From: Dendrobates tinctorius
Lineage: Eukaryota
Assembly: GCF_039654945.1 (NCBI RefSeq)
Contig: NW_027361723.1
Span: 2,604,001-2,668,000 of the forward strand
Length of the DNA: 64,000 bases
Reading direction: 5' to 3'
This document shows positions 50,393 through 64,000 of this stretch, piece by piece. The notes beneath the pieces are model-generated. The model made no database searches, had not been told where the DNA came from, and was given only the letters and a program-made list of their open reading frames with translations. Positions within the stretch are counted from its first letter, which is position 1; the number at the start of each line of letters is the position of its first letter. Both the position numbers and the translations under genes were made by a program.

Positions 50393-53152
50393 ATGCCACC
50401 CAAGAAAGCAACCAAGCGCAGCAGGAGAAGGCAGGAGACCACTGCAGCACCATCAGCACCACCACCACCCCAAATGGAGCAGCAAATGGAACATGCTGAG
50501 GAGGGGAGGCCAGCAGCAGATGAGAGACGGTAATTATCAAATCCCCCATTCCTCCAAACTAGGACTATGGAATATCAAGATATTCATTGGCCCTTTGTTT
50601 CTCTTTATTCAACAGCCGCCCAATAGATGCAGCAGCAGCAGCAGCAGCAGCAATGGCAGCAGGTGGAACACCACTCACAGGCATGGAGTGTGGCCACCAG
50701 GAAGACAGCACATCATCTTCTGGGAGCCCTCCCTCGCATCGTCAGCGTTTGACGGTAAGTTTTTATTTCCAAAATCCATCATCTCTGTAATATATGTCTA
50801 TTCATTGCCTTTTATTTCAAAACAGGATTCACAAGATGAAGAGGAGCTCCCAGAAGAAGAAGGAAGGGGTGGGCAGACACTTGGAGTGGGCTCACAATTG
50901 GTAAGTTTTTTGCATCAAACGCAGAAACACAACATCACACTTCACACAACACATAGAAAACAATGTTCTGCAGACCACACACAGCAAACAAATGCCTACA
51001 TCCAAAGACATAACATTTTTTGTTTTCTTCTCTAGTCTTCCCAATCTGGTGCTCGGCCAAGAGGTCCTCGCAGTGCCTCCCAGGGTCGTCGGCGACAGCA
51101 ACGCGGCGGTCACCAGCGTGTAAGTATAAATATTTTTGCTTTGTTTTTTTGCACTTTTTATTTCATTTCTTTTGTGGAGGCTAATTATGTTATTTTTGTC
51201 TTTTTCTTTAACAGCCTTCACAGCGTGCTCCCGACTCTGACGGTGAGGATGGAGGACTCGATGTGGACCACCTCATCGATCTCGTCAGAGAAAGGGAGCC
51301 GCTCTGGAATATGGCTGACCGCCGCCACGCTGACCTTATCGTTACCCGACGACTCTGGGAGGAAATCTGTTCGCTCCTTGAGGACGGCTGGGAGGACCTC
51401 GATGCTCGGGCCCAGATTAAAGAGCGTAAGTATATACAGTACCGGTTGCTTGATGTAAACCAGTGTTTCCCGAACTCCAGTCCTCGTGGTCCCCACGGAT
51501 CATGTGTTCAGGATTTCTATTTACTATGGAAATCCTGAAAACATGACCCCTGGGGACCATGAGGACTGGAGTTTGGGAAACACTGATGTTGTATACTAAC
51601 CACTCCTTTCTCGTTTCAGGGAACAGAATTGTGAATCGGTGGCGGTCTGTGAGGGATCGTTTCAAGAAGGAGTTCAATAAAGAGATGCGGGCCCCGAGTG
51701 GATCTGGAGGACGCAGGAGCAAGTACAAGTCTGCAGAAGCCCTGTCGTTCCTCCGGGAAACAATGGTCACTAGAAGGTAAATATTACACACCACATGTGA
51801 AAAAAAATGTTAGATGTAAATTTTTTTTTTCAGCCAGGGCCATACCATGTCAGTATTTTAATAGTTTTTTTTTCTCTTTATTCCACAGCACGGTGAGCAG
51901 CACTCGGGAGCCTGCACGATTGGACCCTTCTGAGGCGATCCCTGAGGAGACCGGCACCGAGGGACACTTCGACCGCCCCGGTACATCTGCACCTTCCCAG
52001 CCTTCCCACACATTCGACCCATCTGTCCCATCCACCAGCACAGGAGCATCGTGGCCGCCTACATTACATGAAGCTGCTGGTGAGGAGATCGCTTTCCCTT
52101 TACCCCACCCTTCTGCCCCTGCCACCTCTAGTACACCTGCGGGTACTGGGCGGCAGCGGCAGAGGGGTCAGGAAAAGACTTATGCGCCAGAGTTCTTGCA
52201 TCTGAATGCATCTTTCCAGAACTGTCTAAAAGTCTTGTCAGAGCAAATCTCCGCAGGCTTTCAGCAGATCAACTCCAGCATTCTGGAGGTGAAGACACTT
52301 CTGCAAACCATGCATTCAGAAGCAAGATCTTCGCCAAACCACACCTTTTTCAGGTCTGTTGTGGAGCGCATGGAAACGCTCTCTCCTGCCCAGCAGATGC
52401 ATGTAATGCATTCATGCCACGCTGCTCTCCAGCAACTTACCTCCCAACCTCCTCCTCCCACCACAGTAGTTCCTCCACCTGCACCCCCTCCAGCCACTTT
52501 CCATCCTCCCCCTCCTATTACATCTACACCCCCTCCAGCCACTTTCCATCCTCCCCCTCCTATTACATCTACACCCCCTCCAGCCACTTTCCATCCTCCC
52601 CCTCCTATTACATACCATCCACCTCCCCAGCACCATCCACCTCCCCAGCACCATTCACCTCCCCAGCACCAGCAACCTCCCCAGCACCAGCAACCTCCCC
52701 AGCACCAGCAACCTCCCCAGTACCAGCAAGCTCCCCAGTACCAGCAACCTCCCCAGTACCTGCAAACTCCCCAGTACCAGCAACCTCCCCAGTACCAGAC
52801 ATCTCCCCACTTCCAGCAACCTGCCCCGTACCAGACATCTCCCCACTTCCAGCAACCTGCCCCGTACCAGACATCTCCCCACTTCCAGCAACCTGCCCCG
52901 TACCAAACTCATTCCCCATACAACTTGCCATCAACATCATCTGCTCCTACAGTCCCTGCCCAACCCTCCACTCCACCACCCACCACCTCTTCTGCTTCCC
53001 ACATGTCCACCCATTCTGTAGTTTTTTCCACACCTTCACCTCTAACTGTTCCTTCCCCACCACGATCCCAGTCCTCTCTCCACACTCCCAGTGTCGAAGT
53101 GTCCCGCAGCCCCTCCAGCAGTATTTCCACCACACACTACACAGATTTATAA
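50393..53152 (+). CDS. Harbinger Myb/SANT (MADF) DNA-binding protein, 7 exons, ~688 aa
   Basis: Exons 50393-50529, 50616-50754, 50826-50900, 51036-51119, 51215-51425, 51620-51776 and 51889-53152, all GT-AG and phase-compatible; LIDLVREREPLW...WEEI...RWRSVRDRF; P/Q-rich tail. Confidence 0.85.
51461..51585. mobile_element. 125-bp hAT-type MITE in intron 5 of the MADF gene
   Basis: Palindrome CAGTGTTTCCCGAACTCCAGTCCTC...GAGGACTGGAGTTTGGGAAACACTG; TSD only partly matched (ATGT). Confidence 0.75.
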
Positions 53153-53640
53153 TGTGTGTATTTAAATAAAAATGACCAGTTTTATGGTTTCAAAGCTTTA
53201 TTAAACAAGTTTATTAAAATTTTAAAAAAGATTACTAAAAAAAACATTTTTCAATAAAAGTTAAATTATTTTACACTGGTTGTCTGTCATTTCTTTCTGC
53301 GGCGAAAAAGGTTAAATACAGGGTATTTAAAAGGTGAAATGGTATTCAAAACTAGGTATATAACTGTGGGTAAATTTTAGCTTTTTGCCACAGTTGTGTT
53401 CCTGGTTGTGTTTGAAGCAAAGTATTTCACCTAAAAAGTTGTGTTTATTGTTGGTGATTTCCTAACAATGTACACAACTTTTGTTAAAAGGTGAAATACT
53501 TTGCATAAAACACAACCAGGTACACACCTGTGGCCTAAAGCTAAAAATAGTAAGACCATGACAAGATAGCCAACTTTGGTTGGCAAAGGTATATACTGTT
53601 GGTCCAGAAGGTACACAAGTTTGGTTAGGGCACAAATCTT

Positions 53641-55023
53641 TCACACTCTGTCATCCTGCCAGTGTACTCTGCCTTGAGGTGACATAAAGTATATTGCAAA
53701 ATTGTCCCTCATTACTGAAACCGTCACAGAACTTCTAGTGGTAATGTCATGGTAATCTTGCAAGGTGGTTTCTTCAGAGGTGTCCTCAATGGAAATGGGT
53801 TCCTTGCAGATAACAAAATTGTGGAGTACCACGCACGCTTTGATCACCTCGTCCACAGTTTCTGTCTTGAGGTTGATCGCAGTCAATAGGACCCGCCATT
53901 TGGCTGTCAGAATACCAAAGGTACATTCAACCATTCTTCTTGCTCTTGTGAGGTGGTAATTAAAAATGCGTTTTGGTCTTGTCAATCCTCTGCTAGAGTA
54001 CGGTTTCAAAAGGTGTTCTGACAGCTGGAAGGCTTCATCCCCTACACAGACAAATGGCATAGGTGGACCAGATGTTTGCGGCAGCGGTCTAGGTGGTGGG
54101 AACTGGAAGGTGTTTCCATACAGTTTACGCCCCATGGCAGACAGTTTGAAAACTTGAGAGTCATTGGAGCGGCCATAGGCCCCAATATCAACCGCAATAA
54201 ATTTGTATTCCGCGTCAGCGATGGCCATGAGGACAATTGAAAAATATTTCTTGTAATTTAAATATTCCGATCCCGATCCAGCTGGCTTTACAATGCGGAT
54301 ATGTTTCCCGTCCACAGCGCCCAAGCAGTTTGGAAACTGACATATCTGTTGAAACTTGTCAGCAATTTCAATCCACCTCTCTGTTGTGGGCTCTGGTAAA
54401 AACTCTTCAGCTAAGGAGTCCCACAGTGCACGGCATGTGTACTTCACAATTCCAGATATGGTGGAAATCCCGAGTCTGTACTGGAAATGCAGTGACGAAA
54501 GGGATTCTCCAGTTGCAAGAAATCTGTGGGGAATTAAAAAACAATAAATTAGTTTTAAATCACAGCATTACATACCAAAACTGAGCTATAACACTTGGAG
54601 ATACAAACTACCACCAACAAGATTGCAGTGAAAGTGTGCTCTGATGCGATCACATCCAATAAATGTGGCTTACCTTAAAGTCACCATCAGACGCTCTGCG
54701 GGTGAAACAGAGAAGCGGCAATAGGTGTCCGCTTTTCTTATGAGGTGTGCAATGCGCTCCACCAAGTAATCAAAATTCTCCATTTTCATCCTAACATATC
54801 CAAAAAATTTCTCCGGGTTTCGTCGAAGGTCCATGCAGAGTGTAGAATAGACCCCACGCGTCATTCTCTTGGCTGTGATGGGGTGGATCCACAAACGTCG
54901 TCTACGATGCCTGATGCGCTGCTGTCTCGCTCTCTCCTTCTCCAGAACAATCACCCTCAAACGATTCGCCTCCGCTATAAAATCCGCCAAATTCTTCAAA
55001 ATATTTCCAATCACAACATCCAT
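53641..55023 (-). CDS. Harbinger DDE transposase (HARBI1-like), 2 exons, ~410 aa
   Basis: Exons 55023-54674 and 54523-53641 join LMVTLR/FLATG; GAVDGKH, NYKK, GDEAF and VECTFG motifs; no stops. Confidence 0.92.
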
Positions 55024-56470
55024 CTTCGCCAGTAACTTGCTCTTCTCTCCAACCTGCACTTTCTCCTCTACAACCTGTCAAAGAAGGGCTGTAGGAACAT
55101 GCTATATATAGTTTTCCAGTAGCCAATCCCGTTCGGAAGGCCACAAGGGTCAATTTTAAAAACCGGATCCGGCGTAATCCGTCGAAAAACGGATAGAAAA
55201 ACGGATGAACCGGATGAGACGGATCCGGTTTTGTCTGTCAAGAAAAAGACGGATCCGGCAGAAAACCGGATCCGTCACATCCGGTTTTACGAAACATTTG
55301 CCGGATCCGGCGTTCCGACACGACGCCGGATCGCGCCTGACGCCGAAAACCTGATGTGTGAAAGTAGCCTTAGTGTGCTTATTCCTGAACAGCTGGTTAC
55401 AGGTATAAGAAACACTAATTTTATGAAGTGTGTGTGTCGACTACACTTTAATGGGAGCTAATGTGGCCTACACAACTTTCAAATGTAGTGTTTGTTGAAC
55501 TTTGTTGTTTTTTTTTGGGGGGGGGAAACTAAAAGGATGTGACCAAAGATTTGAAAGTCAGAGTATCACCAACTTTCTGGAGCTATTACAATGAAGGCAG
55601 GTAACCTACAATGCAAAAGATGAGGCTCCAAAAAAATTGGGTAATACTAATCTGGCTGCAGCTGAAGGGCACAAGCCAGAAAAAGGCTCCTCTATCTACT
55701 CCTATATAGTGTTTGCAACCAACCACTGTAAATGGATAGGGATGGATGCACACTAATAGGAGAACAAAAAATGAGCTGCAATTAAAGAAAAATATGTGTG
55801 AGGCAGTGACGCACGCTGAGCGGCCTACAACCAGACGTGGCTGCAGGACACACTACTCAGCGTGAGCTGCACTCACACACAGTCACCTCTCAGACAGCCG
55901 TGAACAGTGCAGCAAAGTGGGCACTAGCACTGAAAGGCTGCAGAAAGGCTCCGCTGTCTACTACTAGTGTTTGCAACCAACGTATATGGATACGGATGGA
56001 AGCACACTAGATAGAATTTTTTAAAAATAAGCAGCTCAAAAAGAAAAATATGTATGAGGCAGCAGTGAGGCACGCTGGGCGGCCTACCACCAGACATGGC
56101 TGCAGGACCCACTCCACAGCGTGAGCTGCACTCACACAGCCCTTGCAGACAGCTGTGAACACTGCTGCTAGGGAAAAGAAGGCTACAGTGGTGGTTTATG
56201 TAGCCTGGGTAAAGCACAATATTGTTTTGAGAATCGCTATTTCTAACTGTCCCTCACAGTCTTCAACAGCAGCCAGTCCCTAACTGAATTCACAGCAGAG
56301 TGACCAGAAATGGCAGCGGCGGTGGCTTTTATAGTGCATCATGACATCATTTCAGCAGCCAATCACAGCCATGCCAATAGTTAACATGCCTACATGCCTA
56401 ACAGGATGTGCCCACACTTCTGAGGATTCCCATTGGCTGAATCAAAGCGAGCGGGCTCCTAGCATTATGG

Positions 56471-57933
56471 TAAAACAAACGAAAAAACCGAGGAAAATGT
56501 CCAATAATTAAAATTTCTTTATTTTATTATTTAACAAACAAATGTATACATTATATATATAATTAAAATAAATTAATAAGGGGAGGTCAATGCCAAAATG
56601 AAGGCACAGCCAGGGGACAGCTGTAAATACTTAGTAAAAAATGCACCCACAATAATGTCATACAAAATCTAGTGAAAACAAAAATGTATAATTAATGTAT
56701 AATATATAAATATATAAACATATATATCAAGTGCAAAACTACAGATGATAAGTGCAAGCAAGAAAGAACTGTGTAAAAAAAACTGTGTAAAAAAAACTGT
56801 GTAAAAAAATATATATATATATTAAAAAATGTAATATAAAAATAAATATAACTAAAATAAATATACAATAAAAAAGATTAATTAATAATAAATAATAAAT
56901 ATATTACCACAAATAAAGTGCAATGTGTTGAAAAAAAGTGAATAAAAAAGTGTACAAAAAATCCCTGTATAAATATATATATATACACACATATATTTAA
57001 GACCAAGTGCTGAAATAATTAATAATAAAATAAAAAATAAATAAATAAACTAATAAGCTGCCGCACATAAAGTGCGATGTGCTGCGGTGATGAGGTGATG
57101 CGGTAAATCAGCGCTTATAGTAAAAAATAAATAATAAAAGAAGTGAGCACAGTGTGGATACCTTTCTGCTGCTTCTGTCCCCAGGATGTGCCAGCCCCGA
57201 CGCGCGTTTCGGCGTACCTTCGTCACTTTATGTGCGGCAGCTTATTAGTTTATTTATTTTTTATTTTATTATTAATTATTTCAGCACTTGGTCTTAAATA
57301 TATGTGTGTATATATATATATTTATACAGGGATTTTTTGTACACTTTTTTATTCACTTTTTTTCAACACATTGCACTTTATTTGTGGTAATATATTTATT
57401 ATTTATTATTAATTAATCTTTTTTATTGTATATTTATTTTAGTTATATTTATTTTTATATTACATTTTTTAATATATATATATATTTTTTTACACAGTTT
57501 TTTTTTTTTTTACACAGTTTTTTTTACACAGTTCTTTCTTGCTTGCACTTATCATCTGTAGTTTTGCACTTGATATATATGTTTATATATTTATATATTA
57601 TACATTAATTATACATTTTTGTTTTCACTAGATTTTGTATGACATTATTGTGGGTGCATTTTTTACTAAGTATTTACAGCTGTCCCCTGGCTGTGCCTTC
57701 ATTTTGGCATTGACCTCCCCTTATTAATTTATTTTAATTATATATATAATGTATACATTTGTTTGTTAAATAATAAAATAAAGAAATTTTAATTATTGGA
57801 CATTTTCCTCGGTTTTTTCGTTTGTTTTATCTTATTTGTCCGAGTTGTCTTTTTAATATTTTCCATGGGTGCATAACGATGATATTTAGGTGAATTTTAT
57901 ACTGCACTTTCCTTGAGTTATTTTATTTTAATT
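56471..57933. mobile_element. Penelope-like element 3' fragment in inverted arrangement (~605-bp arms)
   Basis: Arms at 56471-57074 and 57224-57829; 14-bp TSD TCCTAGCATTATGG; minimal hammerhead motif in the spacer. Confidence 0.75.
57199..57225 (-). ncRNA. Truncated minimal hammerhead ribozyme (PLE type)
   Basis: TGACGA-AGGTACGCC-GAAA-CGCGCG-TC with palindromic stem III; the C of CUGA is lost at the inversion junction. Confidence 0.6.
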
Positions 57934-58063
57934 TCCTAGCATTATGGGAACTTCCGATTCCGGTATCCGATATGAAAAAAGTATCGGAAGTCAGTATCGG
58001 AATTCCGATACAGCTAATATCGGCCGATACCTGATACTTGCGGTATCGGAATGCTCAACACTA

Positions 58064-59209
<1,146 letters not shown>

Positions 59210-59504
59210 TGCGTCTCCTCTCCATCCTCACCCCCCAAAGGCTCTTATCAGAGCCGCCCACATCTACTAAGAAAAAGCTATGATCTCCGCTGTGTGATGT
59301 GGCCACAGAGGGAGATTGCGGGTATTTTGCGGTGTTATGTGACATCAGCGGTTAAAACAGATGGTTACCTGGATATACAGCGCTATATGGGTCGGGAATT
59401 ACTGTATGGATGAAATATCTAGAGCGCTTTATAGAGATTACATCAAAGTATATACATTTACTGCACTCTATGAGGGTACACTGCAGTGTATTAATGGTAT
59501 TGGG

Positions 59505-62500
59505 TAGAGTTGAGCGACTTTTGTTTTTTTAGGGTCGAGTTTCGTTTCGTGAAACCCGACTTTTCCAAAAGTCGGGAAGAGCAAGATCGGCCGGCTATAG
59601 GGAAAAGTCTGGGTCGTCCTGAAACACGAAACCCAATGTAAGTCAATGGGGAATAAAAGTCGGCAGTGAGAGGAGGACAGGAAACACACCTACAGTGCCC
59701 ATTTGAATGCCAAAAGCATCAATTCTTCTTACTTAAGCTTGTCAACCTTAATTAACTTCATAATACAAGTTACGCACCGAAAAATGGGGGTTATTTGGCT
59801 AAAGTTGTGGGGGGGTAGGGCTGGCTCCAGGTTTTCATGTGCCCTGGGCGAAAGAGCGCCCCTTTAACACATACCACAACTCATCATGCTCCGATACGGC
59901 AGAGAAATAGCGGTATAGTACAATGAAAAATACTTCACTTTTTACATCTCATGACAAGGCCCATCTATTTCTCCATACAGAATCATTGGTCCCATATAAT
60001 GTTTGAAACAGTATATGATGAGCTCCACATCCTGCTACAGTATATGTTGGTCCCCATGGATGAAGCTCCACTGTCTTATGGGCCCAAATAATGCTCCAAA
60101 CATAATGGGCCCCATTTCTAATGCTCTAGTGTATAATGGGCCCTGTAAATGCTGCTCCAGTGTCTGATGTCCACCTTTGGAATGTTCCAGTGTATGGTGG
60201 GCCCCATCTATCATTCTCCAGAGTATAGTGCTCCCCAAAAATTGCTGTCCCAACATTGAAAACAATGAAATAAGTCTCCTCGCTAGGGAATCCCTGTACT
60301 AGTCTGGACTCCTCGTCGTCCCCATCTTCCATCTCACTGCACAGTATTTCAACCTTGCAAGTGCTGTGATCCTGAGCAAGCAGGGGGGGCCCACTTGTTG
60401 GCGACGGCACTGACACAGGGCCCCTGATAGTACGGTGGTGTGTCTGATGGCGGGTGGGCCGAACCTGCACTTTCATCTGCAGCTTCCTCTTTGTCACCGT
60501 GTAAGATGGAACTGTATATGGGAAGGGTAACCTGAGTTTCATCAGGGTCAGATTAAGGTCGTGTAGCGTGCGAGGGGAATGTAGTGGTCTGGGTCAATGT
60601 ACCAGCAGATTCATCGAGCAGTGGCTGGGCATCAGTGCACTTGTGTCGCCCCCAGGAGTACGGTCGCCACAGTGGCATTACCTTCCTCCTAGGGAGTGTG
60701 ATGTCATGCTTGGGAGCAACGAAGGATCTCTCTAGCAGGTTAACTGATTGGGCGGCGTTATTCCCACGAGTCATGACCCTCCAAACAGCGTTCATGAAGG
60801 CAAAGTGTTTGTTTTACGTGGGCAGTATGGTTGCAAAGCTGAACCTTAAAGAAATGTCCAGAAGGGCACCACCAGGAGTGGAGCCTACGGTTTAATTCGA
60901 CTCCACCTGGGAAACCTCAACCATGCAAGCTACAGAAAAGATGCACACATTGCAATCTTAATTCTGTTAACGAACGAGACTCCGTCATGCCCCGCGGTCC
61001 GAGTCCGGCTTACTAGAGGGACACGTGAGGCTCTGGCACATGAGATTGGCCAATAACTGGTGTGTCATGCCCTTACATGTCCGTGGCTGCATGTGCGCTA
61101 CACTGAAAAGGCCAGCGTTTGTCGCTTACAGGTGCAGATAACCCGCTGAACAGCGTTAGTGATGGGGATCTGTGATTACAATTATTACCCGCGAACAATG
61201 ATTTCCCAGTAAGTGCAGGTCAACTGCCGTTCCGGAATTAGGCCTAACCATCATTCCTGAAAAAATGAAAAACTTACGTGTGCAAACTACAGGTGCTGTA
61301 GCTTGCTTAACAGCTCGCCAGCCATTCTCACGCCCAGTATGGATTACACGTGATTGCACAAAGGTGAGAAAGGGTACCGTATCCCCGGATAACATGTATG
61401 GATAGCAAAGTGTACACATTCAAAATATATGTCTATACATCAGGAGGCAGGCTCAGACGGTGTCAGGCACAGTATGGATTTGACGGCCCAGACTACACAG
61501 CGGAGGAGCAGGGAGAGGTAAAGATTGCAAATGCTGGGGCCCTGCCCAAGCAAGGGGGGCCCACTCGTGGGCGTCGGTATTGGCACTGGGCCCCTCATAG
61601 TACGGCGGTGTGTCTGACGGCGGGTGTGCACCACCACCGTCAGAGACACTTGATTGCACTATGAGGGACCCTGTGCCAGTGCCCGCGCCCAAGAGTCGGC
61701 CTACCCACCTGTCCAGGGCAACGGCACTCGCACGGTGTCGTGCGCTAGGTGGTGACCCCGGCCATGGGGGGGGGGAGGCAGCACAGTTAGGGAGTTTTAG
61801 AAAGTGGCATATGTTGATGTTGGACATTCAGCTGATGCAAAAGGCGAAATAGGTGAAGTACCAGGAACAGGTGAACCAACGCAAGCCATTTTTCTGTCAC
61901 TCTATGTGTCATCAGGGGAAGGTGGGACAAAATCCTTGGAAACCCATGCATGGTTCATTTTAATGAAGGTTAGATCATCCACATTTTGGGTTGACAGACG
62001 GGTCCTTTTTTCTGTCAGGATTGATCCAGCTGCACTGAAGACTCTTTCCGATAGCACACTTGCAGCTGGGCAAGCGAGCCCCTGTAAGGCATATTGGGCC
62101 AATTCAGGCCAGGTGTCCAGTTTAGCGGCCCAATAGTCAAAGGGGAATGACCTGTGTGGAAGAACATCGATATGGGAGGAAAAGTAGTTTGTAACCATAG
62201 TTGACAACTGCTGTCTCCTGTCACTTTCCATCAATGCAGTATTACCAGTTGTGTGAGCAGTACTTGAAAAATCAGTCCACAACATTGTCATGAAACCCCT
62301 GTCTCCAACGCCACTTCTGCTGTGTGCACCACGAACACCTCTGCCAAGCTGCCCCCGGCCCGTACGGCTCGTGTGAGAACCATCACCGCTGCTGTGTGCT
62401 GGGAATGCCTCAAGCAACCGATTTACCAGAGTTGCTTGTTTGTTAGCCAATATTAGGTCAAGGTTCTCCTGTGGCATGATGTTTTGTAATTTGTCTTTAT

Positions 62501-64000
62501 AGCGTGGATCCAGGATGCTGGCCAACCAGTAGTCGTCATCGTTCATCATTTTGGCAATGCGGGGGTCCCTTTTTAGGATCTGCAAGGCATAATCTGACAT
62601 GTGGGCCAATGTTCCCGGTGTCAATGATGCACTGCGAGTGCTGGTTGGAGGAGCACTTTCTGGCAAATCCACATCCCTCCAGTCACGCACAAACCCTGTA
62701 CCAGACCTTGCCACGCCAACATTTTCACTTGCCCCACGAGATGCATCCTCCTCCCCTAAGTAATCATCCCCATCATCATCCTCTTCCTCCTCTTCTTCCT
62801 CCACCTCGTCCAGGAGAGGTCCCTGAGCAGACAATGGCTGAATGTCATCAAGGATTCCCTCCTCGTCAACATTGGCTGCAGACGCCTGCTCCTTAAGGTG
62901 CGTCAAAGTTTGCATGAGCAGAAGCATAAGTGGGATGCTCATGCTTAGGATGGCGTCTTCTGCGCTTACCAGCCGTTGTGCATTACTCAAAACACTGAAG
63001 GACTTTACAGAGGTCTTTCAGCTTCGACCATAGCACACCTGTCAACTCCATGTCTGCTCTCAAAGTGCCTGGCCGTGTATCCTCCCACAAATGCATTATG
63101 GCCTGCCTCTGCTCGCACAGCCGCTCAACCATGTGCAGGGTGGAGTTCCACCTTGTTGCAATGTCGATAATGAGGCGGTGGTTGGGAAGGTGGAGCAATC
63201 GCTGCAGCTTCTGCATACGAATGGAGTGTACAGGCGACCGGCGGATGTGCGCGCACAGTCTTCGCACCTTCTGGAGCAGGGCTGTTAACTCCGGATAATT
63301 TTTGAGGAAGCACTGCACCACCAGGTTCAAGGTGTGAGCCAAGCAAGGTAGTTTTGAAAGGGCTATGGCTGCCACAAAATTACGGCCGTTATCACTAACT
63401 ACCTTGCCTGCCTCAAGATGTACACTGCCCAGCCATGACTCAGTTTGTCGCTGAAAGTACTCGGCCAGCACCTCGGCGGTGTGTCTGTCGCCCAAACACA
63501 TCATCTGCAACACAGCCTGCTGACGCTTTCCACTAGATGCTCAATAGGGGGACACCTCGTGTGCAACAGTGGCAGCTGCAGATGGAGTGCTCGTACGACT
63601 GCGCTCTGTGGACGAGCTTTCGCTTCTGGAGGAGGAGGAGGAGGAGGGTGGAACGCCTACAGCCAACTGTTTCCTATACCGTGGGCTAGGCAGCACTGTC
63701 CCACCACCGCTGTCCTCTGTGGACCCTGCATCCACCACATTAACCCAGTGCGCAGTGATGGACACGTAACGGCCCTGGCCATGCCGACTGGACCATGCAT
63801 CAGTTGTGAGGTGCACCTTTCCACTCACTGACTGCTTGAGTGCATGGACAATGCGGTCTTTCACATGATGGTGGAGGGCTGGGATGGCTTTGCGAGAGAA
63901 GAAGTGGCTACTGGGTAGGTCATAGCGTGGTACTGCATAGGCCATGAGTTCGCGGAAAGCTGCGCTTTCCACCAACCGAAAGGGCATCATCTCAAACGAG
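59505..64000 (-). mobile_element. Second copy of the 7.9-kb hAT (runs off the window); transposase disabled
   Basis: TIR TAGAGTTGAGCG; colinear with 27871-32745; TGA at 63541, TAA plus a 1-nt insertion at ~62980, small in-frame deletions. Confidence 0.95.
60751..61222 (+). pseudogene. Degenerate 18S rRNA fragment in the second hAT copy
   Basis: Near-identical to 29104-29575. Confidence 0.9.

Larger units (their letters stand above)
49968..55369. mobile_element. Complete two-gene PIF/Harbinger transposon, 5.4 kb
   Basis: ~45-bp TIRs GGCnnCTTTCACACATCAGGTTTTCG; flanks TAA/TTA; CCGGATCCGG subterminal arrays; convergent MADF and transposase genes. Confidence 0.95.
41403..58063 (-). mobile_element. 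Decayed hAT element (TAGTGTTGAGC family) with nested insertions
   Basis: Both TIRs present and subterminal regions homologous to 24681-27007; flanks do not match (CTGCTGAG vs TTCAAGAG). Confidence 0.85.

Noticed and set aside
50046-51035. 329-aa single-exon ORF
   Set aside because: It runs through subterminal repeats and introns; the spliced MADF model explains the region.

Overview
Vertebrate DNA, most likely an anuran (frog), judged from the repeat families; there are no prokaryotic features. About 1-24 kb is a rearranged replication-dependent histone cluster: H4(+), H2B(+), two orphan H4 3' ends, H1(+), H3.2(+), a frameshifted H4(-) and a divergent H2B(-)/H2A(+) pair, with another damaged H4 at 58.9 kb. 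It contains inverted segmental duplications, Harbinger MITEs and a CR1 LINE interrupted by a piggyBac-type element. The rest is nested transposons. A 7.9-kb hAT element with an intact transposase and a captured 18S rRNA fragment is inserted in the last exon of a Ly6/uPAR gene, and a decayed second copy runs off the window end. Two CR1 copies sit in a minisatellite. A 16.7-kb hAT carries a Rex1/Babar LINE, a complete two-gene Harbinger and a Penelope-type palindrome. The most unusual signal is a 2.6-kb array directly behind H1 built from roughly 75 copies of the histone 3'-processing signal, including the U7-binding HDE. Both H2B cores are N-masked over identical 285-nt intervals.
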